Shown here one piece after another: positions 36,713-47,012 of a DNA stretch of 64,000 bases (positions are counted from its first letter, which is position 1; every line of letters starts with the position of its first letter). Below the pieces are notes generated by a model. The model made no database searches and was not told the origin of the DNA. It saw only the letters and a list, made by a program, of their open reading frames with translations. The translations under genes and the position numbers were made by a program. The stretch comes from Clostridiales bacterium (GTDB taxonomy: Bacteria; Bacillota; Clostridia; Oscillospirales; CAG-272), in the NCBI GenBank assembly GCA_022791195.1, contig JAAVYP010000051.1, positions 44,703-108,702 of the forward strand. Direction: 5' to 3'.

Positions 36713-37746
36713 TACATAAATCCTATCACATCTTTTACGGTTACAACAATCATAAGCAGCATTAATAAACCAAGCCCTGCCGCATTGATCAGTCCCTCAA
36801 TTTCCGGTTTCATTGGCTTTTTACGTATGGCCTCAATCAGCAGAAACAACAGCTGACCGCCATCCAGTGCCGGAAAAGGCAATAAATTGAAAATACCAAG
36901 ATTAATCGTGATCAGCGCTATCAATATTAAAAAGCTATCCATACCAGAGCTGGCTGCATCGCCAATAGCCGAGGAAACCCCTACCGGTCCTGACATCGCC
37001 TCTAAACCATATCGCCCTGTGATCATATCAATGATCGATTCCCACACCATGCGCACGGTGGTAACGCCGTGATGATACGCATAATAAAGAACCGAAACAG
37101 GATTTTTTTCAATTCTGGTTACCTTAAAATCCTGCTCGCCAAAAACAACGCCCATTTCGGTGTAAGAGGGAAAAGAGACATTCTCTAAGACGATTTTTTT
37201 GCCGTTTCGGACAACGGTAAGCGAGATTGGCTCGGTACCGTGTCGGGCAATAGCATATGATAAATCATAAAGAACATGCACCCTATGGCCGTCAACCGAT
37301 ATAATCTCATCACCGGTCTGCAAGCCCGCTTGATACGAGGATGCCTCTTCCGAAAATTCGGCCACCACGGTTGACCCGAGTGCCGGCGAGAGCGAGACAT
37401 AAATCACTAAAATTACAAAACCGAGCAGCAGATTCATACATGCACCGGCCGCCAAAACAATCGCCCGTTGCCATTTGGGCTTTTTATGAAGCGCGCCTTC
37501 ATCCTCACTGTCTCCATTCTCGCCCACCATAGAGACAAAGCCGCCGATGGGCAAAGCGCGCAGCGAATAAGCAATCCCTGTTTTTTTGGATTTTTTAGAG
37601 AATACCTTTGGCCCCATGCCAATGGCAAATTCCAGAATGCTCACCTTAAAAAGGCGGGCGAACAGATAATGGCCAAACTCATGAATAAGAATGAGTGCGC
37701 CAAAAACAAGAACGGTAATCAATATGGTCGTTACAATGTTTATCAT
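36712..37746 (-). CDS. rseP: RIP metalloprotease RseP/RasP (M50 site-2 protease with PDZ domain)
   Basis: HEFGHYLFA, PDZ segment, NLLPFPALDGG. Confidence 0.9.
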   Translation of the reverse strand: MINIVTTILITVLVFGALILIHEFGHYLFARLFKVSILEFAIGMGPKVFSKKSKKTGIAYSLRALPIGGFVSMVGENGDSEDEGALHKKPKWQRAIVLAAGACMNLLLGFVILVIYVSLSPALGSTVVAEFSEEASSYQAGLQTGDEIISVDGHRVHVLYDLSYAIARHGTEPISLTVVRNGKKIVLENVSFPSYTEMGVVFGEQDFKVTRIEKNPVSVLYYAYHHGVTTVRMVWESIIDMITGRYGLEAMSGPVGVSSAIGDAASSGMDSFLILIALITINLGIFNLLPFPALDGGQLLFLLIEAIRKKPMKPEIEGLINAAGLGLLMLLMIVVTVKDVIGFM

Positions 37747-37843
37747 TTTATATCCTTTCTTGATACCGACAGATTTTCAAAACAAGAAACCGCCGCTTGA
37801 GCAACAACAGGTTTCGTACTGTGAAACAATCCTCCAAAGCCTA

Positions 37844-38992
37844 TCATCCCTCTTTCACGGCTTCTCTTACCTGCTGGTCTGCCTGCATGATCTGGGCAAG
37901 CGTTGGCGCTTTTTGATTTGGATACGTTTGCACCGCCCTTGTCACTATATCAAAAATATCGGTAAAACCAATTTTATCATGCAAAAACAAGTCTACCGCC
38001 GCCTCGTTTGCCGCGTTTAATACACATGGCAAAAGGCCGCCGGCCACATAAGCCTGCCTTGCTAAGGGCAACAAGGTAAATGTCTCTTCATCAGGCGCAT
38101 AAAAAGTCAATTTGCCAAGAGCCGCCAAATTCAGCCCCTCGCCCTGATAGTCACAGCGATCGGGATAAAAAAGCGCATATCGAACGCAGCTTCGCATATC
38201 AGGCACGCCCATTTGTGCCATCACACAGCCGTCTGTAAACTCAACCATAGAGTGAATCACACTCTCTCGATGAACGACAACCTCCACCTTATCAGCCGAA
38301 ACGCCAAACAAATGGCAAGCTTCTATAATCTCAAATCCTTTGTTCATCATCGTTGCTGAATCGATCGAGATTTTTTGTCCCATGCTCCATGTAGGATGTT
38401 TTAACGCCTGCTCTTTTGTAATGCCGCAAAGTTCGTCTTTTTTCCGGCCCAAAAAAGGTCCGCCCGACGCTGTTAAAAGCAAGTGTTTGACCTCTTCGCG
38501 TTTTCCAGACAATAAACACTGAAAAATAGCCGAATGTTCACTGTCCACCGGCAAAATTTTCACGTTGTTTTCTTTGGCCGCCTGCATAACCAGCTCACCG
38601 GCACAAACCAGTGTCTCTTTATTGGCAAGCGCGATATCCATACCACGATGAATAGCCGCTAATGTCGGTTCCAAACCAGCACGACCCATGATCGAATTAA
38701 ACGCCATATCCGCATCTGATTCTTCAATCATATGCAAAAGTCCTTGCGGTCCGCTGAGAATTTGAGTGTTTGTATCTGCCGTTCGCACAGTTAGGTCTTT
38801 AGCGGCCTCTTCGTTCAGCACAGCACAATAACGGGGACTTAGCATACGGATTTGTTCCTCTAAGCATGCAATATTCTGATAGGCGGCGATTCCATCTACC
38901 GTAATCGAATAAGAATTAGCAACATCAACCGTTTGACGTCCTACCGAACCGGTAGAACCCAAAATAATAATTTTTTTGCTTTGTTTTTCCAT
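37844..38992 (-). CDS. dxr: 1-deoxy-D-xylulose 5-phosphate reductoisomerase
   Basis: ILGSTGSVG, LANKETLV, DSEHSAIFQC. Confidence 0.93.
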   Translation of the reverse strand: MEKQSKKIIILGSTGSVGRQTVDVANSYSITVDGIAAYQNIACLEEQIRMLSPRYCAVLNEEAAKDLTVRTADTNTQILSGPQGLLHMIEESDADMAFNSIMGRAGLEPTLAAIHRGMDIALANKETLVCAGELVMQAAKENNVKILPVDSEHSAIFQCLLSGKREEVKHLLLTASGGPFLGRKKDELCGITKEQALKHPTWSMGQKISIDSATMMNKGFEIIEACHLFGVSADKVEVVVHRESVIHSMVEFTDGCVMAQMGVPDMRSCVRYALFYPDRCDYQGEGLNLAALGKLTFYAPDEETFTLLPLARQAYVAGGLLPCVLNAANEAAVDLFLHDKIGFTDIFDIVTRAVQTYPNQKAPTLAQIMQADQQVREAVKEG

Positions 38993-39046
38993 AATATATA
39001 TAAAGTTTTTCTTTCATTTAGTAACGTGTCTAAGCATAGAGCTGAG

Positions 39047-39976
39047 TTATATTTTTCCGAATCCGCGAAGATACAAACAATTTGAAATAACAACGTTTGC
39101 TTTCCACCAGTTTTTGCTGATGGACCATTCTTCCGGATAATCGCTCCAGTCCCATGGGATTGGCCACGAACCATCGTCAAGCTGCGTTTTTGTAATAAAA
39201 TCGCACTCATATTCTGCTATTGATTGATTGTCCGCATAAAAACAGCTATCTTTTGTATTGAAAAACTGTGACGGCTTACATATATAGGCATTTCCCCATG
39301 CTGTCAAATCAGCGGTGATACTACCCTTTACTTGTGCACGCAGCTTTTCTTTCAGCATCGGTACATCAAGAATATCATTATAATAGGCTTCCTCTATATA
39401 TTGCATCAATCGGATATAGCAGGCAATAGTATGCATATCCTCTACTGTTTCATCTGAAAAGAGAGAATCATAAGCATCTTTGGCAATACGGCGGCCAAGC
39501 ATGTTTAAACGACTTCCCGGTTTTGCAAATCGAATGATAAATCCAGCCAGACATGCTGTGGGATTATAGGAATGATGTGATGTACTTTCACCATCGGCAT
39601 GCCACCATGGGGCATGCGGATAGTCATTGTTGCTTTTTATGGTATTGTACCATAAATTATTTTCAAAATTCCGCCCGCTTTCAAGATATCGAAGAATACC
39701 CGATACAATCGGGTGTGAAGAATCGGTAACACGAATTTCATGCAAAATCTCGGTTGCGGCCCATGTTTGAATCGGCGATGAATGCGGATTCCATGCATCC
39801 GCTTCCAACGCATGGCCAAAGCCGCCGTCCTCGTTTTGATAATAAGACAAAGCGCCAAGCACAGCATCCTGACTGCCGTTCTCAAAATGATATTGCCATC
39901 TTGCCAAATCGATCGGCCTTGCATTTCGATAGATAAAATTTCTTGCTTTTGATAATGTCATGTCCATCATATGCAA
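39047..39976 (-). CDS. Hypothetical protein with prenyltransferase/terpene-cyclase-like (alpha/alpha toroid) repeats
   Basis: YQNEDGGFGHALE and TQLDDGSWPIPWDW resemble Q..DGG(F/W) repeats. No signal peptide. Inserted between cdsA and dxr. Confidence 0.5.
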   Translation of the reverse strand: MHMMDMTLSKARNFIYRNARPIDLARWQYHFENGSQDAVLGALSYYQNEDGGFGHALEADAWNPHSSPIQTWAATEILHEIRVTDSSHPIVSGILRYLESGRNFENNLWYNTIKSNNDYPHAPWWHADGESTSHHSYNPTACLAGFIIRFAKPGSRLNMLGRRIAKDAYDSLFSDETVEDMHTIACYIRLMQYIEEAYYNDILDVPMLKEKLRAQVKGSITADLTAWGNAYICKPSQFFNTKDSCFYADNQSIAEYECDFITKTQLDDGSWPIPWDWSDYPEEWSISKNWWKANVVISNCLYLRGFGKI

Positions 39977-39979
39977 TCC

Positions 39980-40819
39980 TTATTGAATTAATATAAAGTA
40001 ATCTGAAAGATTACATAAAACGAAAATAAATAATGAGGAAGCAAGAATACTGTCAAATCGATCCAACACGCCGCCATGTCCCGGAAACAGCGTACCAAAG
40101 TCTTTGACGCCGTAATGCCGCTTGACCAGCGATGCAATTAAATCGCCAATCATAGAAACAACCGCAACCAAAAGCCCCATGATAAACAGACCCGCATAAT
40201 TAACCTGATGATCAAAAACCTTGTTTATGAATAAACCATACAACAGAAATACCAGCGTAGTAATCAAAAGACCGCCCACAGCGCCTTCGACTGATTTTTT
40301 GGGACTCACATCGGGAATCAACTTATGCTTTCCTAACGTCACGCCTACAAAATAGGCGCCTGTATCGGTTACCCAAGCCCCGATAAACAGCAGCGGAAAC
40401 ATAAACATACCAGCCCCTTCTAAATCCCGCAGAAAGACCATCGAGCAAAAGCCGGCACAAGCATAGGCATTCATCATAAAAACAAGACAAGCATCTGTAA
40501 TTTGAATTTTTCCTTTAGAAAAAACTGCCACAGCAAAAACGTAAAACATATATATTAACAGTACAACGCAAACATACCTTAAAAAAGCACTGTTTTCAAC
40601 AAATACATACCGTGTACAAAAAGGAATAAAGGTGAAGACCAACATAGTTGGAATCGATAAAAACCACTCTTTATCAAGACTGGCACATTTCAATATTTCA
40701 TAGGAAGCCAAAAGGCTGACCACACAAGCAAAAGCGACAAATGGCCACGTGTCGGAAAAATACAAAATAGGTGCAAAAACAGCTAACGCCACAATAGCAG
40801 TTATAATTCTTGTTTTCAT
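39980..40819 (-). CDS. cdsA: Phosphatidate cytidylyltransferase
   Basis: SLVKRHYGVKDFGTLFPGHGGVLDRFDS signature; multi-TM. ATG at 40819 with GGAG 8 nt upstream. Confidence 0.9.
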   Translation of the reverse strand: MKTRIITAIVALAVFAPILYFSDTWPFVAFACVVSLLASYEILKCASLDKEWFLSIPTMLVFTFIPFCTRYVFVENSAFLRYVCVVLLIYMFYVFAVAVFSKGKIQITDACLVFMMNAYACAGFCSMVFLRDLEGAGMFMFPLLFIGAWVTDTGAYFVGVTLGKHKLIPDVSPKKSVEGAVGGLLITTLVFLLYGLFINKVFDHQVNYAGLFIMGLLVAVVSMIGDLIASLVKRHYGVKDFGTLFPGHGGVLDRFDSILASSLFIFVLCNLSDYFILIQ

Positions 40820-40873
40820 ACAAAACTCCATTCCGCCGCCCTGAAGCGGCCTTGATTCGATTACCCTCGCAAA

Positions 40874-41587
40874 TTAGATGCCTCCGAAACGCCGATTTCG
40901 CCTTTTATATTCTGCAACAGCCTGATCAACGTCGCTTTCGGTAAAATCCGGCCACAAAACATCGGTAAAATACAATTCTGAATAAGCGCTCTGCCACATG
41001 AGAAAATTAGAAATACGCTGTTCGCCGCCTGTACGCACGATTAAATCGGGCATGGGCGCATCTAAGGTATACAAGTGATTTGTGACATCCTCTTCTGTAA
41101 TTTTTTCATACCCTTGCGCTATTAATTCATTAACGGCATGTACAATTTCTGCTCGGCCGCCATAATTCATCGCGATATTCAACCGCTTTGTGTTTTGCGA
41201 TGAATCCCGCTCTATCTCTTCCATTTGCTTAACAACATCCTTAGGAAAGGGACTTTTATCCCCTAAAAAAACAATGCGTATATCCCGTTTCATCATTGTT
41301 TTGACCGCATCTTTTAAATACTGTTTGAATAACAGCATAATGGCGCTGATTTCGTGGCCTGGCCTTTTCCAATTTTCGGTCGAAAATGCGTATACCGTCA
41401 CACAGTGAATACCGATATCATCGCAATATTCTACTGTTTTACGAAAAACATCTGCCCCTACCTTATGGCCGTATTCTCTCGGCAAACCGCGCTTTTTAGC
41501 CCAGCGTCCATTGCCATCCATAATAAAAGCGATATGTCGAATATCCTTTTCTCTTTGCATTTTTGACTCAGTCTGCATCAGCATCAC
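40874..41587 (-). CDS. uppS: Isoprenyl transferase (undecaprenyl diphosphate synthase)
   Basis: HIAFIMDGNGRWA, RTGGEQRISNFLMWQ. Confidence 0.92.
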   Translation of the reverse strand: MMLMQTESKMQREKDIRHIAFIMDGNGRWAKKRGLPREYGHKVGADVFRKTVEYCDDIGIHCVTVYAFSTENWKRPGHEISAIMLLFKQYLKDAVKTMMKRDIRIVFLGDKSPFPKDVVKQMEEIERDSSQNTKRLNIAMNYGGRAEIVHAVNELIAQGYEKITEEDVTNHLYTLDAPMPDLIVRTGGEQRISNFLMWQSAYSELYFTDVLWPDFTESDVDQAVAEYKRRNRRFGGI

Positions 41588-41650
41588 AATTCCTTTTTAC
41601 CCAAACGATTTACAACTTCTGCCAAAGACAGCTTTTAGCCAGTATAGTTC

Positions 41651-41676
41651 TTTGGGCAGACCAACGTCTGCCCAAA
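41651..41676. other. 11-bp hairpin between frr and uppS (no U-tract; possible attenuator or processing site)
   Basis: TTTGGGCAGAC CAAC GTCTGCCCAAA. Confidence 0.35.
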
Positions 41677-41682
41677 ATAACC

Positions 41683-42237
41683 TTAAATTGACATGATTTC
41701 CTTGTTTTTCTTATCCGTAATCGTTTCTACTTGTTTAATAAACTTATCAGTAAGATCTTGGATTTTCTTTTCCAAGGTTTTTTCATCGTCCTCTGTGATT
41801 TCTTTCGCCTTTTTAGCCGCTTTTAGTTTATCATTGGCATCCCGACGTACATTTCGGATAGCCACCTTACCCTCTTCGCTCATTTTAGCCACCTGTTTGG
41901 TAAGCTCTTTTCTGGTTTCTTCGGTCAGCTGGGGAATGGAAATACGAATCACTTTTCCATCGTTCTGGGGCTGAAGGCCTAAATCCGCCACCATAATAGC
42001 CTTTTCAATTTGTTTGAGCAACGAAGGATCCCATGGGGAAACCACGATCGTTCTTGGATCAGTTGCCTTTACTTCCCCAACCTGATTGACCGGTGTGGGC
42101 GATCCATAATAATCGACTGTTACCTTATCCAACAAAGACGGATTGGCACGGCCGGCCCGCACAGTGGCCAATTCCCCTTCAAAAGCTGTAATGCATTTGT
42201 TCATTTTTTCCTCGTAAGGCTTTACTTCAAAACTCAT
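41683..42237 (-). CDS. frr: Ribosome recycling factor
   Basis: Typical Frr sequence (RAGRANPSLLD, ISIPQLTEE). ATG at 42237 with GGAG 8 nt upstream. Confidence 0.93.
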   Translation of the reverse strand: MSFEVKPYEEKMNKCITAFEGELATVRAGRANPSLLDKVTVDYYGSPTPVNQVGEVKATDPRTIVVSPWDPSLLKQIEKAIMVADLGLQPQNDGKVIRISIPQLTEETRKELTKQVAKMSEEGKVAIRNVRRDANDKLKAAKKAKEITEDDEKTLEKKIQDLTDKFIKQVETITDKKNKEIMSI

Positions 42238-42353
42238 ATTAATCTCCATTATAATAATAAAATTCGACTATCTTTCGGAAAGAAACAACTCCTCATATAG
42301 CTGCGAAGCTGTTTAATTTATGATATAGAAAATATAGTACCATTACTTTTGCG

Positions 42354-43088
42354 TTATGTTTCGCTCCGTAATATTGTACCGATTTTTTCACCTTGAATCG
42401 CTTTGCCAATATTCGCTGGATCGTCTAATCCAAAAACAAGAACCTTCAGTTGATTGGCAAGACAAAATGCCGCCGCCGTTAAGTCGATAGCCGCTAATCT
42501 TTTGCTGAGAATCTCCTCATAGCTTAACGTATCATAGCGAACTGCCTGCGCGTCTTTCTTGGGATCAGCCGTATATACCCCGTCTATATTTTTAGCAAAT
42601 AAAGAAATATCGGCCCCTATTTCAGCCGCACGCAAAACAGCGGCCGTATCGGTCGAGAAATAAGGATTGCCAAGCCCACAGCCAAACAACACAATTTTAC
42701 CATCCTCTAAAGCCTGCACAGCGTCATCCCGCGTATAGGTATGTGCAAACGATGGCATATCAGCGGCGGTAAATACTTCTGCCTCTGTCCCCAGCGATAA
42801 AAAAACATCCTGCATAGCCAAACAGTTAATCGTTGTAGCCAACATGCCCATATGATCAGCCCGTGTTTGATCCATTTTATCGCCCTGACGACCGCGCCAT
42901 ATATTGCCGGCGCCGATGACAATTGCAATCTGCACACCCGCATTTTTCCATTTCATAATTTCAAGGCAAACTTCCTTTACATAGGAAAAATCAATAATTT
43001 CATTTTTTCCGTTGCGCAAAGCTTCTCCCGAAAGCTTCAGCAACACACGCCGATAAGACGGCTTTTTTTCACACTCCATTTGTTTCAT
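42354..43088 (-). CDS. pyrH: UMP kinase
   Basis: RVLLKLSGEAL, GAGNIWRG, FSTDTAAVLRA. Confidence 0.93.
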   Translation of the reverse strand: MKQMECEKKPSYRRVLLKLSGEALRNGKNEIIDFSYVKEVCLEIMKWKNAGVQIAIVIGAGNIWRGRQGDKMDQTRADHMGMLATTINCLAMQDVFLSLGTEAEVFTAADMPSFAHTYTRDDAVQALEDGKIVLFGCGLGNPYFSTDTAAVLRAAEIGADISLFAKNIDGVYTADPKKDAQAVRYDTLSYEEILSKRLAAIDLTAAAFCLANQLKVLVFGLDDPANIGKAIQGEKIGTILRSET

Positions 43089-43204
43089 CCTTTTCCAAAT
43101 TTACCATTCATATTTTACATGAAAAAGCCGTGTTTGTAAATAGACTTTCAAGATTTTAAAACAAATCCACTTCTTAATCAATCAATTATTCTACATTCGA
43201 CTGA

Positions 43205-43244
43205 AATACATAAAAAACGGATCATTGTTTTCACATGATCCGTT
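43205..43244 (-). terminator. Intrinsic terminator after tsf
   Basis: 10-bp stem AACGGATCAT / ATGATCCGTT followed on the minus strand by TTTTATGTATT. Confidence 0.65.
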
Positions 43245-43269
43245 TTATAATTATAAAATAATTTGTCAA

Positions 43270-44202
43270 TTATTTACCAAGCATCTTAGCCACTTCATCG
43301 CCAAGATTATCTTCTCTTTTTTCAATACCTTCGCCCTTTTCAAACAAAACGAAAGAATGAATCGAGAGAGGTGCATCCAATTCTTTTGCAACAGACTCTA
43401 CGTATTGTTTAACGCTCATGCCATCATCTTTTACATAAGCTTGCTCATTCAAGCAGTTTTTCTCATAAAACTTGCCAATACGTCCAGTAACCATTTTTTC
43501 AATGATCTGCTCTGGCTTGCTTTCATTTTTCGGGTCTGCTTTAATCTGTGCAATCAGCACTTCTTTTTCTTCGTTAATAATTGCCTCCGGCACATCTTCT
43601 TTGGCTGTATACGCCGGTGCCATCGCAGCAATCTGAAGCGCGATATTTTTAGAGCACTCAGCAAACTGCTCGCTCTTTGCCGCGTCATCATTGGCGTTCA
43701 TTTTAACAATAACGCCGGTTGTGCCCTTGCCGTGGATATAGGTATTCAAATATCCTTCTACAATAACAAAACGACGAATCGAGAGTTTTTCACCAATAAC
43801 AAAGGTCTTGTCCTTCAGTTCATCCTCTACACTGACATCGCTTCCATCGAAAGGCAGTGCCATCAGCTCGTCTACATTGTTCGGACGCTTGCTCAAAATA
43901 GTACGAAGCAATCCTTTTACAAATTCGCCAAACGACTCATTTTTAGCGACAAAGTCAGTCTCCGAGTTAACCTCGATCATAGCAGCTGTTTTGCCGTCGT
44001 CGGTCAGCATAATATCAACCAGTCCTTCAGCAGCGATACGATCCTGCTTTTTCGCGGCTACTGAAAGTCCTTTTTCACGCAAAATTTTCTTGGCTGCTTC
44101 AAAATCACCGTCTGCCTCTACAAGAGCCTTTTTACAATCCATCATACCGCATCCGGTTGCTTTTCTGAGTTCGCTAACCGCACTTGCTGTAATATTTGCC
44201 AT
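43270..44202 (-). CDS. tsf: Elongation factor Ts
   Basis: N-terminal UBA-like LRKATGCGMMDCKKAL. Position after rpsB. Confidence 0.93.
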   Translation of the reverse strand: MANITASAVSELRKATGCGMMDCKKALVEADGDFEAAKKILREKGLSVAAKKQDRIAAEGLVDIMLTDDGKTAAMIEVNSETDFVAKNESFGEFVKGLLRTILSKRPNNVDELMALPFDGSDVSVEDELKDKTFVIGEKLSIRRFVIVEGYLNTYIHGKGTTGVIVKMNANDDAAKSEQFAECSKNIALQIAAMAPAYTAKEDVPEAIINEEKEVLIAQIKADPKNESKPEQIIEKMVTGRIGKFYEKNCLNEQAYVKDDGMSVKQYVESVAKELDAPLSIHSFVLFEKGEGIEKREDNLGDEVAKMLGK

Positions 44203-44215
44203 TTTCTACTCCCCC

Positions 44216-44974
44216 TTACTCTGCTGCTTCTGCGTTATCTGCATTTACTTCTTCTGCATCGGCTGTTTCTTCTGCAGCGTCATCAAATTGTTCGCCTTGT
44301 CTGCCCTCAATGACAGCGTCAGCCAAAGAGGAAGAAATCAATTTAATCGCACGAATGGCATCATCGTTACCAGGAATAACATAATCAGCGTCGTCCGGAT
44401 CGCAGTTCGTATCAACGATAGCCACTACCGGAATACCCAATTTCTTTGCCTCTAAAACAGCGTTTCTCTCTTTGCGAGGGTCAACAATAAAGATACAGTC
44501 AGGCAAACCAGGCATATCTTTAATACCGCCGTAGTTTTTCTCCAAAGAATCACGCTCTTTTAACAGAGCCGCTACTTCTTTTTTAGGAAGAAGGTTGAAA
44601 GTGCCATCCTCCTGCATCTGATTCAGCGCATTCAATCTGGCAATACTTCTTTTAATGGTTTTAAAGTTAGTCAGCATACCGCCCGGCCAACGTACATTTA
44701 CATAATACATGCCGCATTTGAGCGCTTCTTCTTTGATCGCGTCAGCCGCCTGCTTTTTTGTACCGACAAAAAGAATATTTCCTTTAGCGGTGGCAACATC
44801 GCGAACAAACATATAAGCTTCGTCAAATTTTTTCACGGTTTTCTGCAGGTCAATGATATAGATACCATTTCTCTCGGTGAAAATGTACTCAGCCATTTTC
44901 GGGTTCCATCTTCTGGTGTGGTGTCCGAAATGAACACCGGCTTCAAGCAATTGCTTAATAGAAATAACAGACAT
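44216..44974 (-). CDS. rpsB: 30S ribosomal protein S2 (with acidic C-terminal tail)
   Basis: [21 protein letters not shown] at 44974 after AAGGAGG. The track start at 45028 is rejected. Confidence 0.95.
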   Translation of the reverse strand: MSVISIKQLLEAGVHFGHHTRRWNPKMAEYIFTERNGIYIIDLQKTVKKFDEAYMFVRDVATAKGNILFVGTKKQAADAIKEEALKCGMYYVNVRWPGGMLTNFKTIKRSIARLNALNQMQEDGTFNLLPKKEVAALLKERDSLEKNYGGIKDMPGLPDCIFIVDPRKERNAVLEAKKLGIPVVAIVDTNCDPDDADYVIPGNDDAIRAIKLISSSLADAVIEGRQGEQFDDAAEETADAEEVNADNAEAAE

Positions 44975-45070
44975 ATTTATGTCCTCCTTCGGTTTATTCC
45001 ACCACCACGCCGTTAGCTTGCCATACAAGCAAGAACCGAATAGGCATAGTGTGTGTTTTTATACCTTGGT

Positions 45071-45099
45071 ATTTTACCATAAATAGTCTGTTAAATCAA
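45071..45099 (-). promoter_or_regulatory. Sigma-A type promoter of rpsB-tsf
   Basis: On the minus strand: TTGATT, 17 nt, TAAAAT with upstream TG (TGGTAAAAT). Confidence 0.5.
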
Positions 45100-45136
45100 G
45101 GGGTATTTCTAAGTTTTATAGGACAAACATGGATTT

Positions 45137-45397
45137 TTATTTGGGCGGACCTGATGGATGCGGTTCCGGACGTACTAAGATTGTATCATCACCGATACGT
45201 TCGATATTACACCACGGAATGCTGATTAAATCCGGCTTTTTAAAGCTAAACACCTTCATGTCACCCGGAACAACTATGGAAAGAATGCGGCCGGAACAAG
45301 TATCAATGGTCAAATCGCAGATGTAGCCAAGCTTGCGGCCGTCGCATACGTTGATAACTTCTTTCTCTTTTAACTCATCCACCGAACAGCCAAACAT
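45137..45397 (-). CDS. YlmC/YmxH-family sporulation protein (PRC-barrel)
   Basis: EVINVCDGRKLGYICDLTID..GRILSIVVPG. The ATG at 45397 avoids overlap with spoIVA. Confidence 0.85.
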   Translation of the reverse strand: MFGCSVDELKEKEVINVCDGRKLGYICDLTIDTCSGRILSIVVPGDMKVFSFKKPDLISIPWCNIERIGDDTILVRPEPHPSGPPK

Positions 45398-45399
45398 TT

Positions 45400-46878
45400 T
45401 TACAGGATTATGCATATAAGACCGCCGCTTCCTTCGTTGATAATACGCTGTAACGTTTCGCCCAACTTCATCCGCGCGTCGTCCGGCATGTGGGCCAGCT
45501 TAGTGTGCAGACCTTCGTTCACCAGTTCGTGTAAACTCTTGCCGAAAATATTTGAATTCCAGATCGATTTGGGATCTTCTTCAAATTCATGAAGCAGATA
45601 GCTGACAAGCTCTTCCGACTGCTGTTCGGTGCCAACCACCGGATTAATTTCCGTTTCAATATTCGCTTTAATCATATGAATGGAAGGAGCGCTGGCCTTG
45701 AGTCTTACACCATAACTGCCCGAACGCTTTACAATTTCTGGTTCATCCAAAGACAGCTCAGAAATATCCGGCATAATAATACCATAACCTCGATTTTCCA
45801 CCTCAGTCAATGCCGCTGCCACTGAATCAAACTTCTTTTTTTGCCTGGAAAGCTCAATTATTGAATACATAAGGTCTTCTTCATCTTTAATTGTGCTGCC
45901 CGTATACTCGCTGACTAACTGATAAAATACATCGCCATCCAGCTTGACCTTTACACGAACCGCTCCGCTGCCTGAATCGATACTGGCGACGCTCGCATCC
46001 TCAATCGCCTCTTCACTGCTCATATAAGCAACAGCGCCTTTTACATCAGCCAAATTCACAATACTTCTGGCGCACTGCAAGGATGCATCCATTAATGATT
46101 TACGAAGCGGACTTTCTTCTTCTAACAAAGTCAGCCAAGCAGGCAGATCAAAGCCTAACTCTTTCACCGGAAATTCATCTAAAATCATGCGCATAATCGA
46201 ATGAATATCCTCTGTGTTCAGACTTTGGCAATTAACAAGCGCAACCGGCGCTTGGTACTTATCTTCCAATGTCATAGCCAGGTTGATTGTTTGCTCGCTT
46301 TCGGGTGAAGCACTATTGATCACCAACACAAACGGCTTGCCATATTTTTTCAAATCAGCCACAATTTCTTCTTCCGCCGACACATAATCCTCTCTGGTCA
46401 GCTCACCAAAGCTGCCGTCGGCTGTTATGGCAACGGCAACCGTTGAATGCTCTTTGATAACCTTCATTGTGCCGAATTTAGACGCCTCTTCAAATTTCAT
46501 TGGCTTTTCGCTCCACGGCGTCATAACCAATCTTGGCTGCTCGTCTTCATAATAGCCAAGCGCGCTGGGCACTACATAACCGACGCAATCAATCAGCTTC
46601 ATTCTCATAGAGATAGCATCATTCATTGTCACTTCAACCGCTTCGTCCGGAATGAATTTAGGCTCGGTCGTCATAACCGTTTTGCCTGAGCCGCTTTGCG
46701 GCATTTCATCGATAGCACGTTCCCGATCAAAGGGATTCGCTATATTCGGAATCACAAGGGATTCCATGAATTTTCTGATAAATGTACTTTTGCCTGTGCG
46801 CACTGCGCCAACAACGCCCACATACATTTCGCCGTTTGTCCTTTTTGCAATATCTTTGTATACACCTGCGTCAACCAT
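45400..46878 (-). CDS. spoIVA: Stage IV sporulation protein A
   Basis: VYKDIAKRTNGEMYVGVVGAVRTGKSTFIRKFME matches the SpoIVA N-terminus. ATG at 46878 after GGAGGTG. Confidence 0.93.
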   Translation of the reverse strand: MVDAGVYKDIAKRTNGEMYVGVVGAVRTGKSTFIRKFMESLVIPNIANPFDRERAIDEMPQSGSGKTVMTTEPKFIPDEAVEVTMNDAISMRMKLIDCVGYVVPSALGYYEDEQPRLVMTPWSEKPMKFEEASKFGTMKVIKEHSTVAVAITADGSFGELTREDYVSAEEEIVADLKKYGKPFVLVINSASPESEQTINLAMTLEDKYQAPVALVNCQSLNTEDIHSIMRMILDEFPVKELGFDLPAWLTLLEEESPLRKSLMDASLQCARSIVNLADVKGAVAYMSSEEAIEDASVASIDSGSGAVRVKVKLDGDVFYQLVSEYTGSTIKDEEDLMYSIIELSRQKKKFDSVAAALTEVENRGYGIIMPDISELSLDEPEIVKRSGSYGVRLKASAPSIHMIKANIETEINPVVGTEQQSEELVSYLLHEFEEDPKSIWNSNIFGKSLHELVNEGLHTKLAHMPDDARMKLGETLQRIINEGSGGLICIIL

Positions 46879-46907
46879 GACCGCACCTCCGATTATTATT
46901 ACACTCA

Positions 46908-46936
46908 TTGGTATGCATTGGCGCTTTCATTTATGA
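46908..46936 (-). promoter_or_regulatory. Sigma-E-like sporulation promoter for spoIVA
   Basis: On the minus strand: TCATAAA, 14 nt, CATACCAA, against the B. subtilis sigma-E consensus ZHATAxx-14-CATACAHT. It lies about 30 nt upstream of the start. Confidence 0.45.
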
Positions 46937-46957
46937 CTCAATATAAAGCCGACTGCC

Positions 46958-46995
46958 CTAAAACAAAAGAACAGCCGATTTAAAAACAATCGGCT
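46958..46995 (-). terminator. Intrinsic terminator after the histidine kinase gene
   Basis: Stem AGCCGAT / ATCGGCT followed on the minus strand by GTTCTTTTGTTTT. Confidence 0.6.
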
Positions 46996-47012
46996 ATTCT
47001 TTTATACCTTTT

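Noticed and set aside
43225-44455. Plus-strand ORFs of 279 aa and 215 aa opposite tsf and rpsB
   Set aside because: They are antisense to universally conserved genes. Their translations are Phe/Ser-rich and low-complexity, with no RBS.
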